A DNA stretch of 64,000 nucleotides, from positions 111,104,001 through 111,168,000 of the forward strand of contig OX597818.1 in NCBI GenBank assembly GCA_951406725.2, given 5' to 3'. Positions within the stretch are counted from its first letter, which is position 1. Every line of letters starts with the position of its first letter. The position numbers and the translations under genes are program-made. Below the pieces are notes generated by a model. The model ran no database searches and was not told the origin of the DNA. It saw nothing but the letters and a program-made list of their open reading frames with translations. This document shows, in pieces, positions 38,254 to 51,309 of this stretch. The DNA is from Octopus vulgaris (taxonomy: Eukaryota).

Positions 38254-39039
38254 TCTGGCCATAACCCGTGGCCCCTACCTGGGACGTAGTCAGTCCACCT
38301 GTGCATACCTTCCTTCTTGTGACACTTGTGAAGACCTGTTGAGGCAAGTGAAAATCAAACAAAATCTAAATAGATGAACATCAATGGAATTTGTATCTTT
38401 GTGGTACCAGTGCCGGTGGCACACAAGAAAACCATCCGAACGTGGCCGTAGCCAGTACCGCACCGACTGGCCTCCATGCTGTGGGCACGTAACAATCACC
38501 ATCCAATCGTGGCCGATCGCCAGCCTAATCTGGCTCCTGTGTCGGTGGCACATAAAAAAACACCATCCGAGCGTGGTCGTCTGCTAGCCTTGTCTGGCAC
38601 CTGTGTCGGTGGCACATAAAAACACCATCCGAGCGTGGCCGTTCGCCAGCCTCGTCTGGCACCTGTGTCGGTGGCACATAAAAACACCATCCGAGCGTGG
38701 TCGTCTGCTAGCCTTGTCTGGCACCTGTGTCGGTGGCACATAAAAACATCATCCGAGCGTGGCCGTTCGCCAGCTTCGTCTGGCACCTGTGTCGGTGGCA
38801 CATAAAAACACCATCTGAGCGTGGCCGTTCGCCAGCCTTGTCTGGCACCTGTGTCGGTGGCACATAAAATCACCCACTACACTCTCGGAGTGGTTGGCGT
38901 TAGGAAGGGCATCCAGCTGTAGAAACACTGCCAGATCTGACTGGCCTGGTGCAGCCTTCGGGCTCCCCAGACCCCAGTTGAACCGTCCAACCCATGCTAG
39001 CATGGAAAGCGGACGTTAAATGATGATGATGATGATGAT
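35250..39039 (+). mobile_element. Young, slightly 5'-truncated RTE-clade LINE
   Basis: Uninterrupted ORF, ~790-nt 3'UTR, (GAT)n tail, TSD GATGAA at 35244-49 and 39040-45. Confidence 0.95.
38432..38872 (+). repeat. 62-bp tandem repeat in RTE 3'UTR (5 near-identical plus 2 diverged units)
   Basis: Unit starts (ccatcc-like) recur at 38563, 38625, 38687, 38749, 38811. Confidence 0.9.
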
Positions 39040-39045
39040 GATGAA

Positions 39046-39750
39046 CCAGTCATCGAAGTAATGTTTCCACTTTTTGTTGATGTCTTCTCTGAAATCATGT
39101 TCGAAGACTTTCCCTATTTCATCGTATAGTTTGTTCTCAAGGAAACCCATCACCAGGTTGGCATATGAAGGTGCGAATTTTGTTCCCATAGCCGTACCCT
39201 TTATCTGTTGGTATGTCTTGTTAAATGATACTGTGTTTTCTTCAAGTATTAATTGGGTGGCTTTGGTGATAAAGTCTGTTTTGAAACATTTATCTATGAG
39301 TTCCTCATATTTTTTTACCCATTGTTTTATCACTTCCAGACCCAGGGTGTGTGGTATGTTTGTGTATAAGTTTGTGCCATCGAAGCTTGCAAGTATGGTG
39401 TCTTCTGGAACCGTATTTGGAATGTGTGTGAGGAAGTCTATGTCATCCCTTATGTAGCTAGGTATCAGTGGGCATAAAGGTTTGAGGAGTACATCTATGA
39501 AGTGGCTTAGTTGTTGGGTTGGCGCCTGGGGCCCTGCCACTATTAGTCTCATTGTGAGGTCTGTGGGCCTTTGTATTCTTATATAATGGTTCCTCAGTTC
39601 CTTAATAGCTCTCTGTATTTCAGAGCTTTTATGAACTTTAGGTAATCCATAAAAATTGCTTTCTTTGGTTCTTGAGTAGCATAAATAGTCTTTCTCCTTG
39701 TCTGTAAAGGATTCCTGGTATTCATTGACTAATGTTCCAATTTTTTTTAA
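39046..39750 (-). mobile_element. Penelope-like element, RT core
   Basis: FYGLPKVHK, RLIVAG, SYIRD, ASFD..NLYTNIP, YQQIKGTAMGTKFAPSYANLVMG, YFDD. Confidence 0.92.
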
Positions 39751-40850
39751 TACATATATATACACACATACATAAGTGAGTGGACAAAAGAAAGAAGGGC
39801 ATGCAACACATTTATTGGGAGTTACATGTATGGGTTAAAACAGTTTGATTCAAATTCCTTGGTACATTAAGTTTCAAAGTGTGATGCTAATCCTCATTCA
39901 TAGGATATTTGAAGAGATCAGTTGGAGAAAATCAAATATTATTACTGGCAGGGGAGCTGTAATTGGTTGAGAAAGTTTACACTATGTCATAGTTTCATGC
40001 TGGTATTTCAGCCATAACAATTACTTGGAAAATACTACATGGTGAACAGGAAATCAACTGAGTTGAGGACAGGAAATTGGTTACATGATTGGAGGGGAAG
40101 TAGGAAAGGGTGGTGGGATGTGTTTGTATGGATGTGCAAGGCTAAGACCTTGTGAGTGGATTTGGTAGACAGAAGCCCATCATACATGTGTGTCTGCAAG
40201 CATGTATGCGTAAGTGCATGAGCATGTGTGTGTGTGTGCATGTAGTGTGTGTGCATGTAGTGTGTGTGCATGTAGTGTGTCTTTGCATTTGTGTTTGTGT
40301 TCCACTACTGCTTGATAACCATAGTTAGTTTGTTTATGTCACCATAACTTATTGGTTCAGCAAAAGAGACCAATAGGATGAATACCAGGCTTAAAAATTA
40401 GCACTGGGGTCAACTTGTTTGAGTAAACTCTTCAAGGCAGTGTCCCAACATGACCACAGTCCAAAGACTGGAACAAACAAAAGATAATCTTATATTCTAA
40501 CTCCCATATTACATTAACAATCTACTTCAAAGAAAATATTTACAAACCAATGAAGGATCCTCAACCTGCAAGAAATAGTTATTAAATTTCCCTCAAATCC
40601 CACCCTACCTTTTTATGAAGAAACATATATTGGATAATGTATACAAAAGATTAGGGTTTTACAACTGGGACACTTTTGATCATAGATTTACAGGATCTGT
40701 ATGAACCAAGGGTTGAACAACAATAAAAACACACTTACTCAGATGATGCTGCATTTCGACATCACCCATGCACAATCTATCAGACCAGACACACTCTATC
40801 TCCAAGAACAGAAACTGCAGACAAAATCAACAGGACTAACAGTTACTTAC

Positions 40851-40950
40851 TGTCATATTCCATTTGACTTTATCAAGAATTCTCTTAGCCGTCGTCTCAT
40901 CAGTACTGGTCCAATATGTGAATGCCAGTATTTTCATATCATTAGTTATT
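40851..40950 (-). CDS. Exon E7 (100 nt, phase 2->0): ITNDMKILAFTYWTSTDETTAKRILDKVKWNMT, UBA-like motif 2
   Basis: Acceptor tttttttcag, donor GTAAGT; K-I-x-x-F-x-x-x-T-x-x-D-E-x-x-A-x-x-x-L-x-x-x-x-W-N resembles the UBA-like domains of p47/DCN1/TDP2-type proteins. Confidence 0.85.
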
Positions 40951-41799
40951 CTGAAAAAAACAAATTTTTTAAAATTAAAAGTGTGCATGTGTGTGTGTAA
41001 ATCTTTTATCTTTAACTTGTTCCAGTCATTAGACTGTGGCCATGCTGGGGCACTGCTTTGAAGAATTTTTAGTTGAATAAATTGACCTCAGTACATTTTT
41101 TTTTTGTTTTTTAACCCTTGTACTTAATTCTATTGATATCTTTTGTTGAACCACTAAGTTAATGGAATGTAAACACCAACACTGGATACCAAGTGGTAGT
41201 GGGGGTCAAACACACACACACACACAGATATACAATGGACTTCTTTCAGTTTTCTTCTACCAAAGCCATACAAGGCTTTGGTCAGTCTGAGGCTACAGTA
41301 AAAAACACTTGCCCAAAGTGTGATGCAATGAGACCATGTAGTTGGGAAGTAAGTTTCTTGCCAGCTGGCTGGCTGTCCATTCATCAGGGTATGTGCTAGG
41401 ATTGTTAAGTTAAGAATAGCCTTGTTTGATATAACAATGTCAGTTATCTCTACATATGCTGACGTGTAGGGCCTCAAGGAGACAAAGTGGCTGAGTTCCT
41501 TTCGAGTGTTGTGCCTCATGGAGGCAATGACTGAGACCTTTGACATTATGTCATGCTTGAGAAGAAGACCCATCAAGCTGAGCAAAATTGTAGTCATGGC
41601 ATATACTGGTGTCATCCAAATTGGCACATGTGCTGGTTGCTCGTAAAAGCACCCATTACACTCTCGGAATGGTTGGCGTTAGGAAGGACATCCAGCTGTA
41701 GAAAACTCAGACTGGAGGCTGGTGCAGCCTTCTAGTGTGACAGCCCGGTGAAACCATCCAACCCATCCCAGCATGGATGTCAGGCATTAAAGATGATGA

Positions 41800-43841
41800 T
41801 GATGCTCTGCATGCCAGACTCACAGATACTCAGATGGATCACTTCTATGAATCCTTTTTGAGGACTACCTCAATGACAAAAGACAATGTCATATTCATTG
41901 TGGCAGGGGACTTCAATGAACATGTTGGAAGACACCCCGATAGATTTCAGAGAGTGCATAGAGGTAACAGCTTTAGCTCTAGAAATGAGGAGGGGACAAG
42001 GTTTCTAGAGTTCTGTGATGCTCATGGCTTACTGGTCTGCAACATTCACTTCAGGAAACCTACCAAACATCTGATCACTTATCAACCTGATGGATTCGTC
42101 CTCACTAGACACAGGGACAGATGTATGCTCATAAATGCAAAGTCATTCCTGGGTGAAGAATGTACAACTGAACATAGGCTAGTGGTTAGTGACTTCAGAC
42201 TTAAGTCCAGAAGGATTCAGAGATGGAAGCTGATATGGAAAAGGAAGTTGTGGATGCTCAAAGATCCTTCAAAGAAGGAGAGATTTAGAGATGTTCTTAA
42301 AGCTTTCAATGAGAAGGAGGAAGAATTAGAAACATAAGATGTAGAGGACAACTGATTTCTGTGGTTGAAGTAAAGCCTCTGCCAGACCAAGGATGACATG
42401 GTGGTGGAACACTGACATTGACAAGGCCCTAAAAGGAAAGAAACAGCTATGGAATAGAGTGGGTAGCAAAGAATTATACCAGAAAGTTAAAAGGGAAGCT
42501 AAATGCCAGGTTTACCTGGATAAGGCAGAAGCAAAAAGGAAAAGGTATGCCAATGACCTGCAGCATGAAGATTAGAGACTAGAGGTATTCTGGATTGTGA
42601 GACAGTGTGTCAAAAGAGAATTGAGATATTGTGGGAGAGAAGTGAGTATGGATGGATAATGGTATGCTTGCACTTAGTGATTCATACAAGAAAGAGGCAT
42701 GGAAAAGATACTATGCAAGGCTACTGAATGTGGAGAATGAATGGGGTAATGGAATTCCCAACAGAGGGACCAGCTGTCCTAGTGGACACCAGTATGGTAG
42801 ATAAGGCAATTAAAGACATGATAGAAAACAGAGAAAGTCTTTGGTCTATCTGGAGATGCTCAAAATATCTGGTAAGGTAGGATATGGGCTAGTCACTCAC
42901 CCACTTAGTTAATCAGGTTATTTAGAAAGGCATAATATCCAATGGCTGGAGTAGCAGCATTATTATTAGCTGCTACAAGAGTGAGGGAGATGCCTTAGAA
43001 GTAATTATAGACGCATCAAATTGCTGGACCAAGTGATGAAAGTTATGGAGAGAGTTATAGTCCAATTAATTAGGAACAAAATTAGACTAGATGAAATGTA
43101 GTTTGGCTTTGACAGAAGCAGAAACACTACTGGTACTATTTTGATAGTCAGGCAACTGCAAGAAAAGTATCTAGCTACGAATAAACCATTATACTTGGCA
43201 TTTGTTGATCTGGAAAAACAAAAGCTTTGATAGAGTACCTTGCTATGTGATAAGGTGGGCTCTGAAGACACAAGGAGTATACAAGTGACTTTTGAAAACT
43301 GTACAAGCCATGTACAGACATTCGGTGAGTAAAGTGAGAGTCAACTATGAGTACAGTGATGAATTTAGTGTACAAGTAAGTGTTCATCAGGACTCAGTTC
43401 TCAGTCTTTTCCTTTTCATCACTGTCTTCCAGACCATAACGGAAGAATACAGCATTGGCTGACCCTGGGAAATGCCCTCACAGCAGATTCTGTGGAAGCA
43501 AAACTTAGAATTGGAGGGCCTTAAGGTTAACTTAGCAAAGACTAAGGTTTCAGTAAGCAAGTAAACAGACAGGACCCTACTCCCTACTGGTAAATGGTTC
43601 TGCTTGATATGTAGGAAAAGTGTAAATAGGAATTCCATATGATGCACCCTTCTTATTCTAACAGCTACACTTTCAGTGCACCCACTCCTGCTACTAACTT
43701 GGTCACCTAGGTAAGGGAAGCTATCAACTACTTCTAGTTTTTCTCCCTGGAATGTGCAGAAATTGTTCTCTGTACATTTTCAGTGTTTATTGCTCCTGAG
43801 CATCTGCCACATACACAAACTATCTTTCCAGTTAGACTTCC
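41800..43841 (+). mobile_element. Degenerate RTE LINE (EN to PHD region) with an inverted terminal piece 43628-43841
   Basis: AGDFNEHVG, RNEEGTRFLEFC, HRLVVSDF, GVHQDSVLS; many stops. Confidence 0.85.
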
Positions 43842-43975
43842 ATTATTTTCATTATCTATTTTTAATCTTAATTTTTATCCTTTATCTTTATTCTTATATA
43901 CTTTAATAAATTATTATCATTATTATTATTGTATTTAAATAAAAATAAAAATATTAATGCATGCGTGCACATAAC

Positions 43976-44009
<34 letters not shown>

Positions 44010-44250
44010 TAAACACACTTTCGTCTGCTTAGTTTGTTGGAGTATCTTAAACGATCAACATATAAATTCTGTAATGTCTATTTTACCCAGAAGATCTTCC
44101 ACCCAGGGTGCTCAAATTGCAAACTTATATTATTATATATGTTTTGTAATTTAAATTGAGTGTAAATTAAAACAATTGTAGGCAATTAATAAATAAATTT
44201 ATATCCATTGAATCTCTGCATTTTCAAACTTATTAATACACATATATATA

Positions 44251-46110
44251 TCTCTATATATAAAACTGAAATGCGTTTTTACCGCTTGGATCGCTTTCAA
44301 TGCCACTACATCCCGTCCGATTCGCTCCAAAATTTACAGGGACATGTAGAATGAGGTGACGATGCTCGTGGGCTACCTTAGAAATCCCTATCTTAAAAGG
44401 TGTGGTTGCTAGGGGCCATCTTCCTCACTCACGCTATTTCCTCCAGTACCCTCTCACTCCTCTTCATTTGACAAGTCCACTCCTGTTATTTAATGTAAAG
44501 TCTTCCTCAAATCACTCTCTCACTATTTCCTCTCTTCCAAGAACATTTTCACTCACTCTATCTCTTAGCTTCCCATACATTTTACTCATGTATCTATCTG
44601 CGTTCATAGAGAGAAACAAATATTACATCGCCATCGCATTATATTGTCTACCTGTCAACACACACACACATATATCTAATATTATATTTTTATTTTTATG
44701 TTTTTGTTTTTGGTTTTTTACGGTTTCATTTCCCTATTAGTGGTTTTATCTCTAATTTAATTTCTACAGCGTGCACACACACACACACACCTATATGTGG
44801 CCCCAGTAGACCCGAATGAAATCGGGTTCTCTTCATCAAAATGTGAAAAGGGGTCTAGAATTATCATTGCCACAACTTATGTATATGTCTTCCTCACTCA
44901 CTCACTCTTTTTCCTAATGATAATTATCATCACCACCACCACCACCACCAACACACAATCATGACAATCTTTCTCTTAAAACAAATCATGTTTACATTGC
45001 AAAATATTTCATTTTCCCGTCCACTCTTTCATATATCACCTTTTCTTTCTCGAGCTCTCTCTTTTTTCCCCGTCCCTATTTATTCTACAAGTCTATCAAT
45101 GACAGCCGCAAAAGTTTCAATATTCCTACTTCACCTCTTTCAGAAACGCAACAGATATTATTTTTTTTGCCGGGGTTAAAGCCCACTACATCCCGTCGGA
45201 TTCACTCCAAAATTTACACCTTTTCTTTCTACCTCTAACTCCCCTTCAATTTCTCTTTATCTCCATTCATAAAGATAATTATCATCGCCACCACCACCAC
45301 CAACACACAATCTGGACAATCTTTCTCTTAAAACAAATCATGTTTACATTGCAACGACGTCTGCCACCTCCGCCGTCTCTATTTATGCCTGGATCATTCC
45401 ATTCAACCCTTTGCTTTCCAAAACATTTAATGCACACATTAATGTTGAGTACTGCAGTTCGGTGAGATGCATACAATACCTCTGCAAGTACATTAATAAG
45501 GGCGATGATATGGCCGTGTTCGTGTTCAGTGATGAAGACCTTAGACATGACAAAATTAAACAATTCGTTTTGGGTAGGTATGTATCCTCCAATTATGCAG
45601 CGTGGCGCATTTTTGGATACGAGATTCATCTAAGCTCACCATCAGTTTTCCACCTGAATGTTCATTTACAGAAGAGACAGCTGGTTTACTTCACAGAGAA
45701 AAATGCACGTCAAGTCATTGAAAATCCAAAAGGGACTACGCTTACAGCATTTTTTAAATTGTGTTCAGTTGATGAGTTTGCTGCTACTCTCATTTACCCT
45801 GAAGTACCGGAATATTACACATACAACAACAATAATTGGAAGCGCAGGTCACATGGAACAGAACTTGACAATTGGCCCGGTGTTTCTAGGAAGAACGTCA
45901 TTGGGCGTGTGTATAATATTCATCCTACCAAACAGGAAATCTTCTTTTTGAGAATGCTGCTTCATGTAGTTACTGGACCAAAGTCTTTTGCTGATCTTCG
46001 CACGGTTGATGGTATCATCTGCGCCACTTACAGGGAAGCATGTTTGAGGCGCGGACTTCTTCTCAATGATGACCACTTACACAGGACATTAGCAGAGGCC
46101 TCAAATTGTA
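44251..46110 (+). mobile_element. Helitron 5' portion with Rep remnant
   Basis: A|TCTCTATATATAAA 5' end; ORF 45411-46142 has FNAHINVEYC, YLCKYINKG (Rep motif 3), GRYVS, LNVHL, TTLTAFF, FFLRMLL, GPKSFADLRTVDG, TYREAC. Confidence 0.85.
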
Positions 46111-46410
46111 AACTGCCATGGCAAATGCCACTTGCACATTAATTTCATGAGCAGGCCTTTCCATTGATCGGATCAACTGGAACATTCATCATCATAATCA
46201 ATAGAATGCCAGTTTTGGTAGGTGTGATTTGAGGAATATTTGGTTGTTATTTGTAGCAGTTCAAATCTCTTCATGAAAGTGTTCATAATGGACAATGGTA
46301 TAACTGAAAAATATGTGTAGGATACACTTAGTCTTTTGAATGCAACCTACATGAACTGGGGATACACAAGAAAAAGAAATCACAACAGATCACACAAAAA
46401 GTTAACTTAC

Positions 46411-46508
46411 TCTTCTCCTTGCAATATTTTATGACCTTTTGGTAATGGAACCTCTTCACCAACTTTAGCTGCAGCGTATATTGATAATTCGAAGGACTTT
46501 TTAATGTC
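46411..46508 (-). CDS. Exon E6 (98 nt, phase 0->2): DIKKSFELSIYAAAKVGEEVPLPKGHKILQGE(E)
   Basis: Acceptor ttttctttgtcag, donor GTAAGT; open and in phase. Confidence 0.75.
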
Positions 46509-47339
46509 CTGACAAAGAAAATTTGATATGCTTTATCATGTACTATTAGAACTGTCAATGGTGAAATTGGTAGAATGGAAAATAAACTGACATTTGATAT
46601 GTAGTAACATTCCTGTCTTTTATCCTTCCAAGATTGATAAAATATGTAACATTCAAATATTGGGTTGATATAATTGATTACATACTCCTATAAAATTGTG
46701 AATTTGTGCCTACATTAGAAATCATTATTATGTACTCATACATACCAAACGTGCTCCATATAAAAGCAAATGTCATATGGTATAGAGAACCCTACCATTT
46801 TTCTAGTTGGTGAGCACATTATACCATCCAGTTTACCTAGCCATGGATGCCTTCGATAGAGTCCACTCTATAGCAAGTATTTAGACCAGGCTTTCAGCAA
46901 GGAGTTCCCAGGACCTACTGACACCGTTTACTTTTCACACTTCTCCAAAATATCAGTTTCAAATTTTGGCACAAGACCAGCAATTTCAAGTGAGGGAGTA
47001 AGTTGATTACATCAACCTCACTGCTCAACTGGTATTTATCATATCAACCCTGAAAGGATGAAAAGCTAAGTCAACCATGGCAGAATCTGAACTCAGAATA
47101 TAGAGAAAGATGAAATACTGTTAAGCACTTGGCAAGCTAACTGCCTTACACTTCTCCAGAATATCAAAAACTATAGCTAAACCCACTGGACAATTCTTCC
47201 CACCCTCTTCCTTTCTAACATTTGTAGATTTCATTCCAATTAAAAATCTACTCATTATTTCTTACTAGCTTGCAAACTGCACAACCTATTCCTCTCTGAG
47301 AAACAAATTTCTAAACTGCCATCTATGGTTCATCTCTAA

Positions 47340-49325
47340 CATCCAGACCATATGCTTTACTTAAACGTCACTCTGAAAGGAGATGTCTGCACGTAAGTAA
47401 GCTCCAATCTCCCAGCCAATCACCACCCTCACTTGGATTTTAATCTGACTCAGAGTCTCCTTCCCTCCCTCACATACGACCACTTCTTCTCTACTCTTTG
47501 AATTCTTTAAACCAACAGCAACTCTTCAGCCATATCTCCTCTCAAATTTATCTCATTTAATCATTCTCTAAAGTTATCCTAGTTGGTGACTTTAATTCTC
47601 ACAACTCCCCTAGTGGCTCCCCGACTCATCTCATATTGATGCTATTGGAGCAAAAAATAAATCTTTTGCAATTCTTAATTCTTCTGAGAGAGAGGAACAG
47701 GTTGTGGGGTATGCAAACTATTAAGAATAGGATCTAAATTGGAATGAAATCTATAGATGTTAGAAAAGAAGAGGGTGAGAGGAATTGTTCAGTAGGTTTC
47801 GTTCTAATTTCAGATATTTTGGAGAAGTGTAAAAAAGTAAAGGGTGACAGTGTCTCAGCAGATCATGGAAAGTCCTTGCTGGAAGCCTGGTTTAAATGCA
47901 TTTCTGATCAACACACTTCTATCTCACCTCCAAACCTAACCTCTACTCGACCATAATTGCCTCGGTATGTATCAGGTTGTCCAATCAATACCTCATCACA
48001 ACTACCCAATATACATTCACATACTACAATCAAAATCAAAATCAAAATCAAAATCGAAATTGATCAACATCAATGTGACACCAGTGCCGGTGGCACATAA
48101 GAGAACCATCCAAACACAGTCATTGCCAGCGCCGCCCCGACTGGCCTCCGTGCCGGTGGGACGTAAAAAGCACCATCCAATAGTGGCCGTTGCCAGCCTC
48201 GCCTGGCACCTGTGCTGGTGGCACGTAAAAAGCACCCACTAAACTCACGGAGTGGTTGGCATTAGGAAGGGCATCCAGCCGTAGAAACATTGCCAGATCA
48301 GACTGGGCCTGGCACAGCCTTCTGGCTTTCCAGACCCCAGTTGAACTGTCCAACCCATGCTATCATGGAAAGCGGATGCTAAACGATGATGATGATGATG
48401 ATGATACTACACAATATCTGGTGAAGGTATACAGTTTAGTTATGAAGGTATTTGATTCATGATTATAAGGTCGTGAGTTCAATTCCTGGCATTGTGTAGC
48501 ATTCTTGAGCAGGGCACTTTATTTCCTGTTGCTTCAGTTCACACAGCTGGCAAAAATGAGTTAAACCTGTATTTCAAAGGACCAACCTTGTTACATTGTG
48601 TCACATGGAATCACCCAGAGAACTATGCTAAGGATACCTGAGTCAGTGGAGTGCTCAGCTTCTTGCACATTAATTTCATGAGCAGGTTATTTTATTAATC
48701 AAATTAAACCAGAATTCGCATCATCATAACTGACAATACCAGTTTGATGCAATATCCACCTACTCCCACTACCATACTTAGATGCTACACACTTCAAGTC
48801 AGTCAACTGGTTGAAGCTCCACCAGTTTTATGCGAAGTGTCCCAGGTCCATTACAATTAGACAGGTGACTGAAACTATCCTTTTAGGCATCTTCCTCCAT
48901 GTCCTGCACACAACAAAAACTCAATGCCTCAAGTTCACTCTGAGATAATTAACAGCAGTTCAAGCCAAAAAGACAGGACTACTGAACCTAGAAATTGGAG
49001 CCTGTTTACCTAGCAAGTAACTCTTGCAAAACCACTGTCTAAACTGAAAAGGATGCCTTTGTGCATCACACGGCATGCAAGCCTTCCACTTTCCAAACTG
49101 ACCCTTTTGGTCCCTTGCTAAAAGAAACTTCTCTAAGTTTTCAGAACCCTCATTTCCTCATTTCTCAATAATGATGGCCAAGTAAGCTGTAACTCCATGC
49201 TTTCCATGGAAAAAGCCTCAACCTTCACTGCCTGCTTTTCATCCAACTCCATACTGAATATGCTAGATAAATTTCCTCCAAAACTATATGTCTTCCACTC
49301 AACTACATTCACCAATTTACATACC
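47340..49325 (+). mobile_element. Possible old CR1/Jockey-like LINE remnant interrupted by SINEs
   Basis: ILVGDFNSHN motif near 47575-47605 and EKASTFTACFSSNS near 49210; heavily decayed. Confidence 0.4.
48028..48404 (+). mobile_element. RTE 3'UTR-only fragment / RTE-tailed SINE-like repeat (other copies ~7905-8265, 9820-10260, 11190-11500, 26873-27215, 29957-30260, 32608-32845, 41500-41803, 50765-50965, 52118-52455, 57530-57993, 62205-62590, 63040-63300)
   Basis: gagtggttggcattaggaagggcatcc...caacccatgc..catggaaag..(GAT)n shared with the RTE 3'UTR. Confidence 0.85.
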
Positions 49326-49327
49326 CT

Positions 49328-50280
49328 ACAAGGGTGAGCTGAAAAGTTTATAAGCTAATTATGAAGGAGTGATGCAAAAGCTGTGAAATCTTGCATGCAT
49401 AAACTTCAACCTGTCTTATTAACCCTTTAGTGTTCAGATTACTCTATTAAATGTAATGCTTTTTTATTTAAATTGTTTTGAATTAATCATGCATTACCTT
49501 ACAGCTTTGAGGTTTCGATGATGTGATTGTTTATTTTTAGAATGTCAATGTAGGTTAGGTGTGAGAGGCTGGATATGGCCAGTTTGAATATAAAATATGT
49601 AGAATATATTGGGCCGGATTTGGCCAGTTTAAACACTAAAGGGTTAATAACTGTATTGTTTCTTTCCTAGTAAACTGACATTTGACTGGTCAAAGAAGAC
49701 TTCAAAAGTAACTAGTAGAATCTTTTCTTGAAAATGGACAAAATTTGGCATTGTAGTGTTATCAAGTACTTGCAGAAAAAGGGTTTAGTCTCCAAGGACA
49801 TTCATGAAGACATTCATAAGAAATGAAATTCCAGCTTTATCAACAGTCCAAAACTGGGCAGAGTCTTGAAGATGGCCCAAGGTCTAACGTCTTGCAACTG
49901 CCACCACCGAGGAAAACATTGATCGTATTCATCACATGGTGATGAATACATTCAAATAGCCAATGCTATTTACATATCCTGTTAGAGAGCTGAGAATATT
50001 CCACACAATGAACATGGTATGATGAAAGTTTCTGCTCAGTGGGGGCCATCCTCTGACACCTGGTCACATCATGAGAAAATCTGACATTATCTGAGGCAGA
50101 GCCAGCTGGTTTCCTTGAACATTTCCTAACCCAGGATGAGTGTTGGGTTCATCATTATATGTCAGAGACAAAGACGCAATCTATGCAGTGGAAACACCCC
50201 TCCTCACCTATTCGAAAGGAGGCCAAGGTCATTTCATATGCAGGGAAGGTGATGGCCTCAGGGTTTGGGATCCAAAAGTA
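49328..50280 (+). mobile_element. Degenerate mariner 5' portion
   Basis: VIKYLQKKG, ATTEENID, FLTQDECWVHHY...QSMQWKH...AGKVMA. Confidence 0.8.
49423..49643. mobile_element. piggyBac-type MITE nested in the mariner
   Basis: TTAA|ccctttagtgtt ... aacactaaaggg|TTAA. Confidence 0.85.
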
Positions 50281-51309
50281 ACAAGACACATCCAGTTTCT
50301 GAGTATAGTCATTGGTTGGTTTTGAAATCTTACCAATGGTAGCCCATAATCCTGCAAAGTATCCTAGTATCAAAAGAATTTAGGTGGCTCCTAGTCTAAG
50401 TCTTGCAACTGTAGAGTAAGAGAGGGAGGACTAGTTTCAGTAGCCTAAGATAGGAAACTAGTCTATACCAGTTAACTTGCTTTTGCATGAAGAACTTCAT
50501 GCTTCAAGCTAACAAGACATTCGTCATGAACACTGTGGTGAGTTATTCAATATACAGGGACTACTAACAGTGAAGTGAATTCAACCACCAAGAACTAAGT
50601 GTTCTGACAATGGATACATCACATTGCTGGTACACAGCTGACTTAGCCATGCATACATTTTTTTGCTATGTTTCTAAAAGAATCACAAATGCTAGAGTTG
50701 TGCTATGATACAGAAGCTTTTTCCAAAGAGAATTAACAATATAATTGAGAGGATAAGATTTTAATCCAGTCTGTTTTCCATGTTAGCATGGGTTGGACAG
50801 TTTGACAGGAGCTGGTAAGGCCAGGGGCTGCACCAGGTTCCATTGTCTGTTATGGCTTGCTTCCTACAGCTGGATGCCCTTTTTAATGCCAATCACTTTA
50901 CAGTGTACTGGGTGCTTTTTATGTGAGACCAGCATCAGTGCATTTTATATGGCACCAGCACCAGCACATGTAGATATGATGGCTACAATGCACAGCACCA
51001 TTTCTATTTCCCATTTGAGTCAGCATCATTAGATAACCGGGTACAAAGACACCCAGAAAACATATATAAAAACAAATTTGCAACTCCATCAAACCCATAA
51101 GATTATAGGGAAAAGTAAATTAAAATTTTGAAAAAAAAATTTAATTACTGTATTTATAATCAAGTGGGAAAATTGAATTATACATGGCCTGTCTTATTGG
51201 CAGCTACATCTGAGGTCTTTGAGTCAATTTAATTGTAGATAAAGAAAACAAAATTTACCAAACAGTAAAGAAGTAAAAAAAATACATAAAAAGTAAATTG
51301 CCAACTCAC

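Noticed and set aside
39016-39045. Poly-Ile C-terminus of the 249-aa minus ORF
   Set aside because: Antisense reading of the RTE (GAT)n tail; the real PLE frame resumes near 35243
45411-46142. 243-aa ORF as a host gene
   Set aside because: Contains Helitron Rep motifs, is truncated at both ends and runs into a SINE fragment
46469-46474. Internal ctgcag acceptor for exon E6
   Set aside because: Gives phase 1, incompatible with E5, and lacks a pyrimidine tract; the 46509 acceptor fits
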